Assembly (NCBI GenBank): GCA_036785375.1
Contig: JAWMAR010000015.1
Location: 3,224,001-3,288,000, forward strand
Source: Leucoraja ocellata
Taxonomy: Eukaryota
Direction: 5' to 3'
DNA length: 64,000 bases
The notes beneath the pieces were generated by a model. The model searched no databases and was not told the DNA's origin. It was given only the letters and a program-made list of their open reading frames with translations. A program made the translations under genes and the position numbers. Below are positions 26,511 to 39,370 of this stretch, in pieces. The stretch's first letter is position 1. Each line of letters begins with the position of its first letter.

Positions 26511-28053
26511 AAGTCAAGTCAAATCAAGTTTATTTGTCACATACACATACGAGATGTGCAGTGAAATGAAAGTGGCAATGCTTGCGGACTTTTGTGCAAA
26601 AGACAAACAACCAAACAAACTATAAACACAATCATAACACACACATTCTTTTACATAATAAATAATGGAATGAAAAACGTTCAGTAGAGTTAGTCCCTGG
26701 TGAGATAGGCATTTACAGTCCGAATGGCCTCTGGGAAGAAACTCCTTCTCAACCTCTCCGTTCTCACCGATGGCAACGGAGGCGTTTGCCTGACCGTAGC
26801 AGCTGGAACAGTCCGTTGCATGGGTGGAAGGGGTCTCTCATGATATTGTTGGCTCTGGAGTTGCACCTCCTGATGTATAGTTCCTGCAGGGGGGCAAGTG
26901 AAGTTTCCATAGTGCTTCGGCCGAACGCACTACTCTCTGCAGAGCCTTCTTGTCCTTGGCAGAGGAATTCCCAAACCAGATGGTAATGTTCCCGGACAAG
27001 ATGCTTTCCACTGCCGCTGCGTAGAAGCACTGGAGGATCTTCGGAGACACTCTGAATTTCCTCAATTGCCTGAGGTGGTAAAGGCGCTGCCTTGCCTTAC
27101 TCACGAGTGCTGAGGCATGTGATGCCCATATCATATCCTCGGAGATGTGGACTCCCAGATATTTAAAACAGTTCACCCTATCCACAGGATCCCCATTTAT
27201 CCTCAATGAAGTGTACGTCCTCGGATGATGTGCCCTCCTAAAGTCCATGATCAGCTCCCAGGTTTTTTTGATGTTCAAGAGGAGGCTGTTATCCTGGCAC
27301 CAGAGTGCTAGACCAGCCACCTCCTCCCAGTAGGCCTTCTCGTCGTTGTCTGAGATCAGGCCCACCACCACAGTGTCATCAGCAAACTTAATTATTGAGT
27401 TGGAGCTGAACCTAGCCACACAGTCATGTGTGTACAGGGAGTACAATAGGGGGCTGAGGATGCAACCCTGGGGCGATCCTGTGCTCAGGGTGAGGGACTT
27501 TGATGTATTCCCTCCCATCTTGACTACCTGGGGCCTGGCGGTGAGAAAATCCAGGACCCAGGCACACAGGGAGGTGTTGAGCCCCAATTCCATTAGCTTC
27601 CCGGCCAGTCTGGTGGGGACTATCGTGTTGAAGGCTGAACTGTAGTCTACGAACAGCATCCTCATCTATGAATAGCCCCCCTTCTGGCTGTCCAGATGGG
27701 AGAAGGCGGTGTGCAAGACCTGGGAGACCGCATCGTCCGTGGATCTGTCCAGACAGTATGCCAACTGCAACAGGTCCATGTTCCGAGGGAGGAAGGCGCA
27801 GATGTGTTTCTTCACCAGCCTCTCAAAGCATTTCATGACTACCGAGGTAAGGGCCACCGGACGGTAGTCATTCTGACAGGCTGGGGAGGCATTTTGTGGT
27901 ACCGGTACAATGATGGATTTTTTGAAGCAGGCAGGTACCACGGACTTGTCCAGGGAGAGGTTGAATAATGTAGTGAGCACTGGAGCTAGCTGCGTAGCAG
28001 AGGACTTGAGTACTCGCCCCGAGATGCCATCGGGGCCTGCAGCTTTTCTCGTG
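26511..28053 (-). mobile_element. 5'-truncated Rex1/Babar-clade LINE (RT domain with few frameshifts)
   Basis: [64 protein letters not shown]; tail gtgacaaataaa(cttga)n. Confidence 0.92.
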
Positions 28054-29233
28054 GAACTAACCAAGGAAGAAATGTTATGAAGGAACTGGATTTTGCAGCC
28101 TTAAATGGACATTTAGATTACTAAAAATCAGATTACTTCAATTGAATTAGCTTAGTAAAATTCAAGAGTCGAACATTCATATAACATTGAGGCAGAACTG
28201 GGTTGAACGTCAGATTATTATTTTTAGAGATTAGTACCCCCATAATAAAACTGATGGCTCATGCACCAACAGCTGAAATACGGTATACCTTCAATAGAAA
28301 ACAAAACTCCAGTTGGTGATCAAAATGTGTAAGACGTAACGTGATGAAAATCAGGTTTAAATGGGATTGATTAGAGGAATTTTCCAAATTTAAGATTCCC
28401 TAATTAGTCAGCATTTAATTGATATTCTGCCACTCCCCCAAGAAATTGAAAGAAATGTGAACTCCTGTAGTGCTGCAAATTTTATAATTATACAGGACAA
28501 ACTTGGTGAACCAAATGGCCTTTTCTTCTACTTTTTCATACGGATTAAATATTCTTCATTTAGTATGGTGTCCAATACGCTGAACAGTATACACCAATTG
28601 TTGTTTTACCAAGGATTTATATAAATTTAACAACACTTCTCAACTTTAATTCAGTATGAAATGCCATGAAGCATAGTATTCTGTTAGCATTTGAAAGGCT
28701 TGAGGATTTGCTTTCAATGTCTTGTGAACCGGCTCTTCTCAATCATCAAATTTCATTTCAAAGAACAATGGCTTTCTTTTAAGAACTGCAATGTGTCACT
28801 TCAATTATACATCGTGTCCTTTATTTCAGTATTCCTGCAAATTTGATTGCCATTCCTTCCAGCTCATAAGCCAATTCATTAATGCACACATCCAAAAGAA
28901 CTGGACAAAAATCTAGTAAGCATTGCTATCCATATGCAGTCACTATATGAAATGTCTTCTATCTCCCTCTGTCTAATTCTTCTCTTGAGAACATTTTTTT
29001 AATCTGCTTTGCCCCTTTGCCGAAAATCCATATTGTGTGTTGCCTGAGAGGCCACATCAGTGCTCTGCATGTTCATATTCATGTCATCCACTGCATTTAC
29101 TTCACATCTCCCCAGTCGTCATATATAGCCCAATCATTGATAATGGATATTGTATTGTTAACATGTAGCTTGGCCTTTCATACTAATAAATAATGAATTT
29201 CAATGTTTGCTATTTCTATTTTGAGCCCCATAC

Positions 29234-29390
29234 CTGATTAGGTCAGGTGAATGAATGATCCCCTCCACAATGTTGTCACGAATATTCTGCCGATCATTTT
29301 CATGTATGTTGAAAGGTAACATTGCTTCCCCAGGAGGAGCTTCACGGTCCGGCCAGTACTGTGTCACCATATTCTTCATGTAGATAGCAG
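29234..29390 (-). CDS. IPO8: Importin-8 exon 3 ([52 protein letters not shown]), part of the IBN_N domain
   Basis: tag/gtatg boundaries, 157 nt. Confidence 0.95.
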
Positions 29391-30169
29391 CTAAACATTA
29401 ATTTAAAGGAAAATCGGAAATTCAATTTAAAGAATGAATCTACCACCACAATATTTTTCAGTGCATTCAATTGCAATCAAACGCAAATGAAAATCAAAAT
29501 TGCTTCAAGTATTATAAGAATTCAAATTCCAAAGTATTTTACAACATTCTAACACAGAATGATTAAATATTTTAATTGATCAATTTCTCCCATCTCCCCG
29601 TCGGCGATTAACTTATGTGTTAGTGCCAGCTATAACCTTTGCATCTGATTCATATGGTTTGATGCTAAAGTGGGAACAAAATGATCCATTTGCATGGCCT
29701 GAAATAAGTTACCCAATGTCAGATGGTCTTTTGAGATTACTGTCTCCAATTGGTGGGAATGGAGCAATGTCAGGATGTCTGCTCGTGACCATTTTCATAA
29801 CATACTTAGCTACTGCCACACAAATTGTAATTTTATTTTACAAGTAATTGAAAAGCAAATAAGTAATGGGAAATACTGAAATGGCATTTAGAAGATAGCT
29901 CCAGTTGAAAATGTTGTGCTTTCTGACATTAATGGTTGCTTCTCAGCAAAGAAGACATCAACCACGCTACTCTTTCAGTGAGTAAGCAAAGCTTTTAAGG
30001 GCGTTTTAATAGGTGTTTGAAAATTATGACACAAAACTCACGGTCTGTTAGGCACTAATGATTACCCCACCACCACCTAGATTACCTACAGAAAACTCCT
30101 TGAAAAACCAGGGAGATAACATCAATAGTGCCTCTGCAAAATTGTTCAAATACCCAAGCAAGCCAACAT

Positions 30170-30785
30170 CATAGAATGTTTGCCTTCATGGGCCAGGGGA
30201 CAGAATATAAGAGTTGGGACATTATGTTGCAACTTTACAAAATACGGGTCAGGCCACACTTGGGAGTGTTGTGAGCAGTTCTGGTACGTTGTAGGATGCA
30301 TCTCTTATGGAGAGAGTACAATTGAGATTCACCAGGATGCTGCCTGGACGGCAAGAATTGTGTTACGAGCAGAGATTACATAGGCTGGGCTTGTTTTCCC
30401 TGGAGCAAAAGAGCCCAATGGGTGATCTGAGAGACGTACATAAGAATATGATGGGGTACATAAAAAAGTATTTTTCCCCCCATGGAAGCGGTATCAAAAA
30501 CAAGAGGGCATTCACGTGAGAATGGAGTTTTAAAGAGAATCTGATGAGTGAGTTTTTTCCCCTTCACACAGAGTGAGTAATTGCTATCTGGAACACACTG
30601 CCGGAGGAGATGGTTGACAAGACACAATTGCTGCTTTTAAGAGGCACTCATTCAGACAATTAAATGGGCAAGGCAGAAAAGGATATTGTCTTAATGTGGG
30701 TTAATGGGATAGGAGTCAATGGGCAGAAAAGTCAACATGGACATGGTAGGCCAAAGGGCTTGTTTCTTTGCTGTATGACTCTGCC
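30170..30785 (+). mobile_element. Degenerate CR1-type LINE 3' fragment
   Basis: MERVQLRFTRMLPG...YEQRLHRLGLFSLE; tail ctgtatgactct. Confidence 0.85.
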
Positions 30786-31099
30786 AGATCTTTTCCAGGC
30801 TATCATGCCCAACACTGAGGCACTAAATACACTCAGTCACCTCCATCGGCCAGATCATGTTATCATATGCCTGCCATCAGTTCTGTAACAGGGAAGAGAT
30901 TAGCAGTGCAACTAAAATCACATTTTATCTCTTTCAAACATCTCAATATCTCACATAAAAATGACATTAAGCCTTTTACCAACTTCTGCAATTGCATCCC
31001 CAATCTCCTTCAACGCATTTTCTAGGCAACGCTCTTTCTTACAAAATTACAGCTTAATCTGCCAGGAGTGCTTCCCCTGGCTATGAATTTTGGACCCAT

Positions 31100-31350
31100 A
31101 GTTCACAGATGCCCCTTTAGGACTGAGGAGAATTGTTTTCATTGACAAGGTGGTGTATCTTTGGGATTCACTGTTGGGCTAGTGGGCTCTGTCACCGAGT
31201 TGCTTTGACATCAAGATCAATAGATTTCTGGACAATAAGGGAATCAAAGGATAAGGATGCAGAGCAAGAAAATGGAACCGAGATAGAATTGTCAACTATA
31301 ATCTGCATGAATGGCAGAGCAAACTTGAAGGGCCAAATGGCTTACTATTA
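31100..31350 (+). mobile_element. CR1-type LINE 3' end, degenerate
   Basis: gatagatttctgg...ggaatcaaagg...gaatggcagagcaaacttgaagggccaaatggc. Confidence 0.65.
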
Positions 31351-31403
31351 TTACTTATTAATAGGTTCTTCTGTTATCTTTGGAAAAGGCAGCCTAAACT
31401 TAC

Positions 31404-31485
31404 CGGCTTGTCTAACTGGAAATTCAACCTGATCAGACACAATGATCTGAAGCAACGTGGGAGCAAAGTTTATGATCTTGTACGA
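31404..31485 (-). CDS. IPO8: Importin-8 exon 2 ([27 protein letters not shown])
   Basis: poly-T tract plus cag acceptor, gtaag donor, 82 nt. Confidence 0.95.
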
Positions 31486-32329
31486 CTGCAAAAAAAAAAA
31501 GCAGAGTCAAATTTACCACATTTCGCCAAAAACAGGCACTATGTAAATCAGACATTACTGGAATCAAAAACAGGCTTTTCAAAACAAAATGTATGCATTC
31601 TAATTCAGAACAGTTAGTTAACTCCCAAGGCAATCATAATTCAAGTGCTTTTTACCATTTAAGATTGGAGTAATCTGTGCAGCCATGAAACACCAGTACA
31701 ATAGCCAAAATATTAAATAAACCAAATTACAGCTGGATACAGATCAAATATGGTAAATATTGAAGGACAAATGACTACTGACAAAATTCAATAGCAAGTT
31801 CCATTAACTATGCCTGGTCACTAAGAATGTTTGGTTTCAGATGGAGGCAAAGAGCAATTGAATTCACATGACAACTAATTAAAGTCCATTGTAACAGATA
31901 ATCAGTCAAAATTGAATTTGCAATGCAATGCAAGGCAAATTATCGTTGAGACAAGCAAGTGACTGAAACAGAGGAGAGTCTTTAAGTATTTCAATAGGGT
32001 ATAAAATTACTCTTGACGTCCTGCATGGATCCATATTAGCCCCTAAATAAATCAACCTGTACTTTAACAATTAGGGCAATGAGATAGAAGGTCGTCATCC
32101 AAAGTGATCTAAGGACACAAAGAGTATGAACGCTGATATCAGAAGGAGTGAAAGCATAAAATTACAAGATATTAACAATATGACAATGCTGTGCCAAATG
32201 GAATTCAGTGAAGCAATAGGGAGGGTATCTCACATTGAACCTAGAAAGAAAGGAGCAGAATATTTTCAAATTAAATGTCATACAGAGCTCTGAAAAAAGT
32301 GATGAACTCATATATGTAGATCATTAAAA

Positions 32330-32572
32330 TAGAAACAGAGAAAATAGGTGCTGGAGTAAGCCATTCAGTCCTTTGAGCCAGCACCGCCATTCAAGATGAT
32401 CATGGCTGATCTTCCAAAATCAGTACCCTGTTCCTGCTTTTTCCCCATATCCCTTGATTCCGTTAGCCCAAAGAGCTATATCTAACTCTCTCTTGAAAGT
32501 ATCCAGTGAATTGGCCTCCATAGCTTTCTGTGGCAGAGAATTTCACAGATTCACAACTCTCTGGGTAAAAAT
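32330..32572 (-). mobile_element. CR1/HER1-type LINE 3' end inserted into an older + strand CR1 remnant (about 31990-32900)
   Basis: gagccagcaccgccattcaagatgatcatggctgatc...gtggcagagaatttcacagattcacaactctctggg. Confidence 0.8.
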
Positions 32573-33103
32573 GTCATAGACATGTTCAGAAAATCGGAAT
32601 GCAATGCTGATCTTTTGTACATCTGGAGGACCAGAATGCAAAGAGGCAGAATGTATGCCGCAGCTATACAGAGCCCTGGTTTAATCACGCAAGCAGGTCT
32701 GGGCACCATACCTTAGAACAGACACTGGCCTTGACACAAATGCGTCATGAGTTTGCAGTATGACACCTGGATTCCAAGAATAAAATTACAAATTTAGATT
32801 CCACTAACAAGGATTCTATTCCCTGAAATTGGTTGACATAACAACATAGGCTCGAGGAGCTGACAAGAATGGTAGACAGACTTGCCCACCGTGCAATAAA
32901 CAATTCACGATAGAATGACATTTTGCAAAATCTGAAATACTTCATAGACTTGGAAACAAATTGTGCAGGGTGGTCAATTTTTAAGTGCAGAAGAGAAATC
33001 ACCCAACACGAGATACAAAAGAGACAAAAATGGTAATTTGTAGGCTTTAAACTTGTGCTTTATGCATTTTATTCAATCGATTTCAAATAATTTCAACGAC
33101 TTA

Positions 33104-33447
33104 TGGACCTGTTCCACTAAGGCAACTTTTTAGGCGACTGCAGGAGACTATGTGCTCTCCACATGTTCGCGGGTGGTTGTCGGGTAGTCCCGTTTCTGGT
33201 CCTAAGGAGTTCCCGCATTCTGGGAACTCGTCGCGGCCTCATTAGTCGCCGCGCATTTTTCAACATGTTGAAAAATTAGCGGCAACCAGAATGAAGCCGC
33301 CATGAAGAGTAGTAAGAATTCTCATGCCGTAGGTGCAGTGGTAGTGGGTTGCCAGGAGATCGAAGGTTGTCGTAGGTTCTCGCCGGTGCTGACTGGTGAA
33401 TTTCATTGGCTCATTGGGAGGAAAAAAAACTACAGGACAAAGGATAA
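33104..33447. mobile_element. PIF/Harbinger-like MITE cut off by the assembly gap
   Basis: TTA followed by tggacctgttccact (degenerate TIR); CpG-rich interior with tttttcaacatgttgaaaaa as in the other MITEs. Confidence 0.7.
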
Positions 33448-33647
33448 NNNNNNNNNNNNNNNNNNNNNNNNNNNNNNNNNNNNNNNNNNNNNNNNNNNNN
33501 NNNNNNNNNNNNNNNNNNNNNNNNNNNNNNNNNNNNNNNNNNNNNNNNNNNNNNNNNNNNNNNNNNNNNNNNNNNNNNNNNNNNNNNNNNNNNNNNNNNN
33601 NNNNNNNNNNNNNNNNNNNNNNNNNNNNNNNNNNNNNNNNNNNNNNN
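33448..33647. other. Assembly gap (200 N)
   Basis: Run of N. Confidence 1.
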
Positions 33648-36600
33648 AACTGTATTTGTAGTTTTAGCTGTAAGTATATAATCTGGAATCATCTTTTCCA
33701 ATCTACAGTATTGAAGTAATCAGCCACATATAAAGTTGATAACTTGTGTAATATCTGGTGCAGACAGTATTGTAAGGCTAACCCAGGCATACTAATTCCA
33801 TCCAACATGCTTCAAATTGTTACCTATGGCTCAAACCTGCTTCTGGAAATATAATCTGCCTTTGACAATATAGATGGAAGAAGGTAAAAATAATATTAAA
33901 ACCATCTTAGCACATAACAAAACCGTCTACTCTAAAATTTGACATCAAGCTACAGGAGTATCAAAAGTTTGGTTAGAGTTGGGTTTGAAAATTCATCCTA
34001 GAAGAATGCGAAACATTATAATGATTAGAGAAATAATTTCAAAACATCAACAAGGCCAGTGGATGCATTGAGTACCAATGTTGGAGCACGTAAAGCTGAA
34101 GATACCAGATTTGAAATGTAGGGATCCCGTTGCGTTATAAAGCTAAAGATATGGTGAGGCCGTGAAGAGATTTGAAAACAAGGATTTAAAAATGGTGTTG
34201 CTGTCAGACGTGGAGTCATGAAGATCAGCCATCACAGGGGAGATGTGTGGCCATGATGCAGTGGACATCATAGGCAGCAGAGTTTTCAAAGATCGAAAAA
34301 TTGTATGGTGTGGAAGGAGCAGCATTGGATAGGCAAGGGGTTTCAGAAAAAGATTCCATGAGGGAGATTCAGTATATGATAACATAAAGGTCGAAAGAGG
34401 CAGTCTTGATAGTGTCAAGAAAAAGATTGCTAAATTAATCTGAGCCTCAAAGTTGGTCAGTTATAGGAATGGAAACGGTGGTCAGGTAGTGTGGAGGTTT
34501 GGTTGAAGGGTTTTTTTGTTCCTCATTTGGTATGATAAACCTTTTGATTTTAAAAGGCTATTTACTTTCAAGATCATAAAATGGAGCCAAAAAAAGAGGG
34601 TGGTTACGTCATTTATCTACCACACCCACGTTTAGAGATAATATTTTATTGTCTTTTTTGACATGCAATTTAATGGCAGTAAACAATATACATATATATC
34701 CAGGAAACAGCAAATTGACTACTTCTTTTAAAATTCTGAAATGTCGTAAAAGCAGAGAAATACTATACCCTTACATAATGCAAACTTTATGCCGCATTTC
34801 AAATCCAGTTTAACAGATGACGGCAGTGATTTCATTCCTCAGATGAAATAATGAAGTAGGGTTACAATACAAATAACATTGCTGATTTTGTCATGTTCTA
34901 GTTTGAATGAAAATACTGTACAGGTTTAAATGTAAGCAAGGCATCAACAGTGTAGCAGTCATACACATAAAAATATTTTTCACAATATACATTTTGAGCA
35001 CTTGAGCAATGGTTGTATCTAATACAACTAGCATGATCTTTTATGCACCCTCAAGACACCATGTTTTCATCGTTTAAAAACTGTTTCAGCAGTTCAACTA
35101 GTTAAAAGTTCAATTTCCCATTAGTCTGAATCGCAAAGAGAACCAGAATAAGAACGTGCCTGTATACAGTCTTTGATGAAACAGGAGAGGGCATGATTAA
35201 TGCTGCAAAAATGAGTTTTGTTTGTCTATTGTAACATACTGTGAGAAGTGTGTATTGTAAACTGTTAAAACTATGCAAACTTGATTGTGATAGTAATTTA
35301 TTCATGCGTCAGCCTCATTTATGGTGAGATGCCATGACCTGCAAAAGGAAATGAGCCCAAGTCAGCAAGTTTGACTTTTCTGTTCAGTGTATCTTGTACA
35401 ATGCATCAAATCGAAGGCTCCAGTTATTGTGTGCAACAGTGCGATGGCCCAGTTTCTGACTGAACTTGCTTTGCTACGTTAGCAGAGCATACACTGAAAA
35501 TTAATCTAACTGAATATCGTGAGTTCATGTCGATCTCCAGGGTTTAGGATGACACTCAGTGAGGGAATGCTGCTCTGGCAGAGATACGAGCATTTCAATG
35601 GAGGTGTTCAAAGTGAGATTCCAAGAATGTGCAAATTATCCCAGGGCACTCTCCCCCCCCCCCCCCCCCCACCACCCCAAGGAAGAACAGATAGTTTGCA
35701 CCAATGTCATGGTGGATAATCTCCCCTTAAGCAATACCCAAAGGATGACTTGAGTTGTTATTTCATTGTGAAGAGATTGTGTTGTACCCATATTGAGTAC
35801 CAAGTTTCCTAAATTACTACAGCAACTATACTAAAAGGTGTTTAGCTAGCTGTAAAGTGTTTCAGAGCACCAAAGCTAACAAAAAGAAACAATGCTGCTT
35901 CACCCTATAATTCAGTTATTTTGGCAGAAGAGTGTCTCTGCACTATCAAAGCTACACCATAAAGATGCACACTTCAATCCCTTTATCATATTTTTCATGG
36001 AATAATATCAGTTGGATTAATCTACACAGCCCTTTCTGCATATCAATTTCAGCTTTTCAGAATGATCACAAATCCATTCAATTAATCAGGTTTACAGCCA
36101 GGTCAAATCAAAATGACACACTAAGGCAGATTTTCCATGAGAGTTACACACATTAATGCAGACAGTGCTGCCTAACCAGTAAACAAATACATCTTGTTGC
36201 ACGAGAATGTATCCCACTGCAATTGGGCACATCTCTAATATTAATTTCTCCAGAATCATCTCCCTTTCTATTTTGCCTTTCTGAAAATCATAGAATATTT
36301 AATTCCCAATCTTCTACAATGACTATTGAATCATCCAAAAATAAATGTGCTACATTTAATCATTTTGTATTTAAAACTTTGTGCATCCATGTACGTTTTT
36401 AAACCGTTTCCCCCAACTCTGAATATAATTGTGGAGGCTGTACCTTTCTTATGCTCCCCTTTATTATCACCATATCTTTTTCAAACTTTCCGAATTCTCC
36501 TCACCTATATTCACTCCACACTATTATTCAAAGTGTGAGTTAGTCATCCCTCCCTAGAACCCCAAACCATCACAAAAGAACACTTTTCTTATTTCCCAGT

Positions 36601-36834
36601 GTTACTGCCCAAAACCTCACAAATTGAAACTCATTTAACCCACACCAATCTTTGAGCCACATTTACAAATCTAGTTGGTCTAATCTAACCAATTTTACTA
36701 ATTTGCTACACCCCAGCTAGTAATTCAGAAACTTCGCAGTGCTTTTTTTTAATTTGGGTCTTAGCTATTTAATCCTTAGTGGTCAATTATGGAAAATTTT
36801 CAAAAGGCAGTGGAACTTAAAAGATTTATGAAAT

Positions 36835-37165
36835 TCTTCTCCCTTCTCCAATCAGGCAAGAGGTGTAGAAGTGTGAAAACGCACACTGACAGATTCAGGG
36901 ATAGTTTCTTCCCAACTGTTATCAGGCAACGGAACCACCTATCAATAACTGGAGAGCAGTCCTGAGCTACTATCCACCTAAATGGAGACCCTCGAACCAT
37001 CTTAAATTGGACTTTATCTTGCACTAAATGTTACTCCCTTTATCATGTATCTGTACACTGCGTATGGCTCAATTGTAATCATCTATTGTCTTTCCACTGA
37101 CTGGTTAGCACGCTATAAAAACTTTTCACTTTACCTCGGTACACGTGACAATAAACTAAACTAAA
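36835..37165 (+). mobile_element. Rex1/Babar-like LINE 3' end
   Basis: cagattcagggatagtttcttcccaactgttatcagg...acacgtgacaataaactaaactaaa. Confidence 0.8.
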
Positions 37166-37612
37166 ATAGTAATATCCGAGTGGAAACATAGAATTTATTT
37201 TCCGCATTATTTTACAAGAACCTAACAATTAGTGATCCCCAAGCCAGTCTCCCCCATCTGTTAAGTCCATTTAAGGGTGGAGCAACAGCATCAAGAAGAC
37301 CCCATGTAGACCAGGATCACGCTGGTCAATTCGGAGACAGGCCTCTGTCAGACCCAGAACCATGCTGGACCAAATAATAAGGGCCACAAGCTCGCTGGTC
37401 AACAGAAGATATGACTCAATATTATGCATAGATACAGAAATGAACCACACTTAGTTTATATATTTACTTAGTTTCAAAAGTGTTGATTGCAATCAGTACA
37501 ATAGATTAACATAGAAAGTAAATGCAAAATTAATATGTATAAAGGAAACCTTGGGTTGATTACCAAAGACCTTCAACACCTGAAACTATGGGGAAACGGC
37601 AGTCTATCACAA

Positions 37613-37722
37613 GTCTAGAAAGGAACTGCAGATGCTGGTTTACACCAGAGATAGACACAAAATGCTGGAGTCTGCAGAGATGCTGCTGGTCCTGCTGAGT
37701 TACTCCAGCATTTTGTTTATGT
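37613..37722. mobile_element. Penelope-derived foldback element with its centre (hammerhead cores) deleted
   Basis: aaaatgctggagt...actccagcatttt inverted arms. Confidence 0.7.
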
Positions 37723-39179
37723 CACAAGGCCCTGGTTGCAGCACACACATCACTTGTTCAATGGATGCGGGCAGTGGTCGAGGCAAACAACATGCAAAGA
37801 TGTACAAGGGGAAAAGGATATGTCACTGGATGAGATGGAATAAATGGAATGAAAAAATAACCACGTGCGGAAAATGTGTAGAAAATACTTGTGCCCATTC
37901 GTACAAAATAATTTAAATGTAAAATTCAGTAGGTGGGTAAATCTAAACTTTAACCATTACTATGTATTGATACTATATACTGAGCTACAGTAGAGATGAA
38001 GCTACAGTACATTCAAATTATTCCCATCAGCACTCCAAATCTGTAGCTGTGTTTTTTTTCTAGTGTGAGAAGAGGAAAAAAGGTCAAGTGAAACCATGGA
38101 ATAAAAACAGGAAACGGTGGAAATTCCCAACATGCACCTTCATTATTTTCTGTTTTTATTTCTTTATTCTTAACACCTGCAGTATTTTGCTTTAGAAGTA
38201 AAACAGTGGATTTAACACTATTGCCAGACCTCGGCATTACAATTTAACTAACTGATTTAAGTCATCACAACAATTTATGGACTTTGGTAACTCTCGGACT
38301 CCAGTGGAAATTGTAAAGCTCATTAATGAACTAATTGGCCCTGCCAAGGAAACAGACTGTTCATGACCTGCCGTCAATTCCCAAATGTTGAAGATGATGT
38401 TTCATTGAAATCAGATTTTTGTGGTAACTTTAAATGCAAGATCTCGTACTACAAAAACTCAGTTAAAGTGCCTCTTGTGCCTTCTGCATCAATTAAATAT
38501 CAACACAAAATTGTCTACTAAATATCTGAAATTCAGTCTGGATAACAAAATGAAATGCAACACCATGCCCCAAAACCAAAGAGCTTTATGAAAGATTAGC
38601 ACAACTGCATATTGTGAATAATAAATTAAATAGTTCTGAAGCCAGTAAGTCTAGCAGCATCTGAAGGGAGAAAGTTATAATTTCAGTGGTCTTTTATCGG
38701 CCAGCTCACCCTACCCATTTCTCTGAATGTAGTATCTGTTTTCTGTGGTGGTTTGTTTTCGTTTTTCAGAATGCAGTTGTGATTTTGGGGTTCAAATTTA
38801 ACTTTTCTTTTTTAAACAGAAACTGAGACTCAGTGTGGATGCAGAAACATTGGATTAATGGCACAAATTAGTAAATGGAAAAAGTCTTTATCTTTGTCCA
38901 ACACTCAAAGCCACAACTAAAGTTCTATTCCTCTTGTCTGATAAATAATTGACCGCCTTTATTACTGCACAAGGAGAGATGGGATGTTTAATCTTACTCC
39001 TTTCCCTTTAAACATTTTTAGGCCTCCCATTGTTCAATAATATATCAACTGAACAATCCAACCCCAGATGCCTGGCTAAAACTAAATTTATATTGCTTAT
39101 TTTATTCTTCAGCCAGTTTGAATCTGAGGCCTTGGGATATGTTAAATAGACCCAGCATAATTAAAATTGTAATTAAAAT

Positions 39180-39370
39180 GTAAAAACATGCAGATGCTGG
39201 AAATCTCAGCAGGTTTGGCAGCATCTGTGGAGAGTGAAAGAAGGGTTGTTGATTCAAGTCGAAGACTTTATCAGAACTGATGAATGGTTCCCAACCCAAA
39301 AAGTTAATAATTTCATTTTCAACATAAATTGACTAATCTGCATTGTGGTTCCAGCATTTTCTGTGTTTTA
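39180..39370. mobile_element. Old Penelope-derived foldback element
   Basis: gatgctggaa...ttatcagaactgatgaatggttcccaacccaaaaag...ttccagcattt. Confidence 0.6.

Noticed and set aside
33302-33719. ORFs spanning the N run
   Set aside because: Artefacts of translating N
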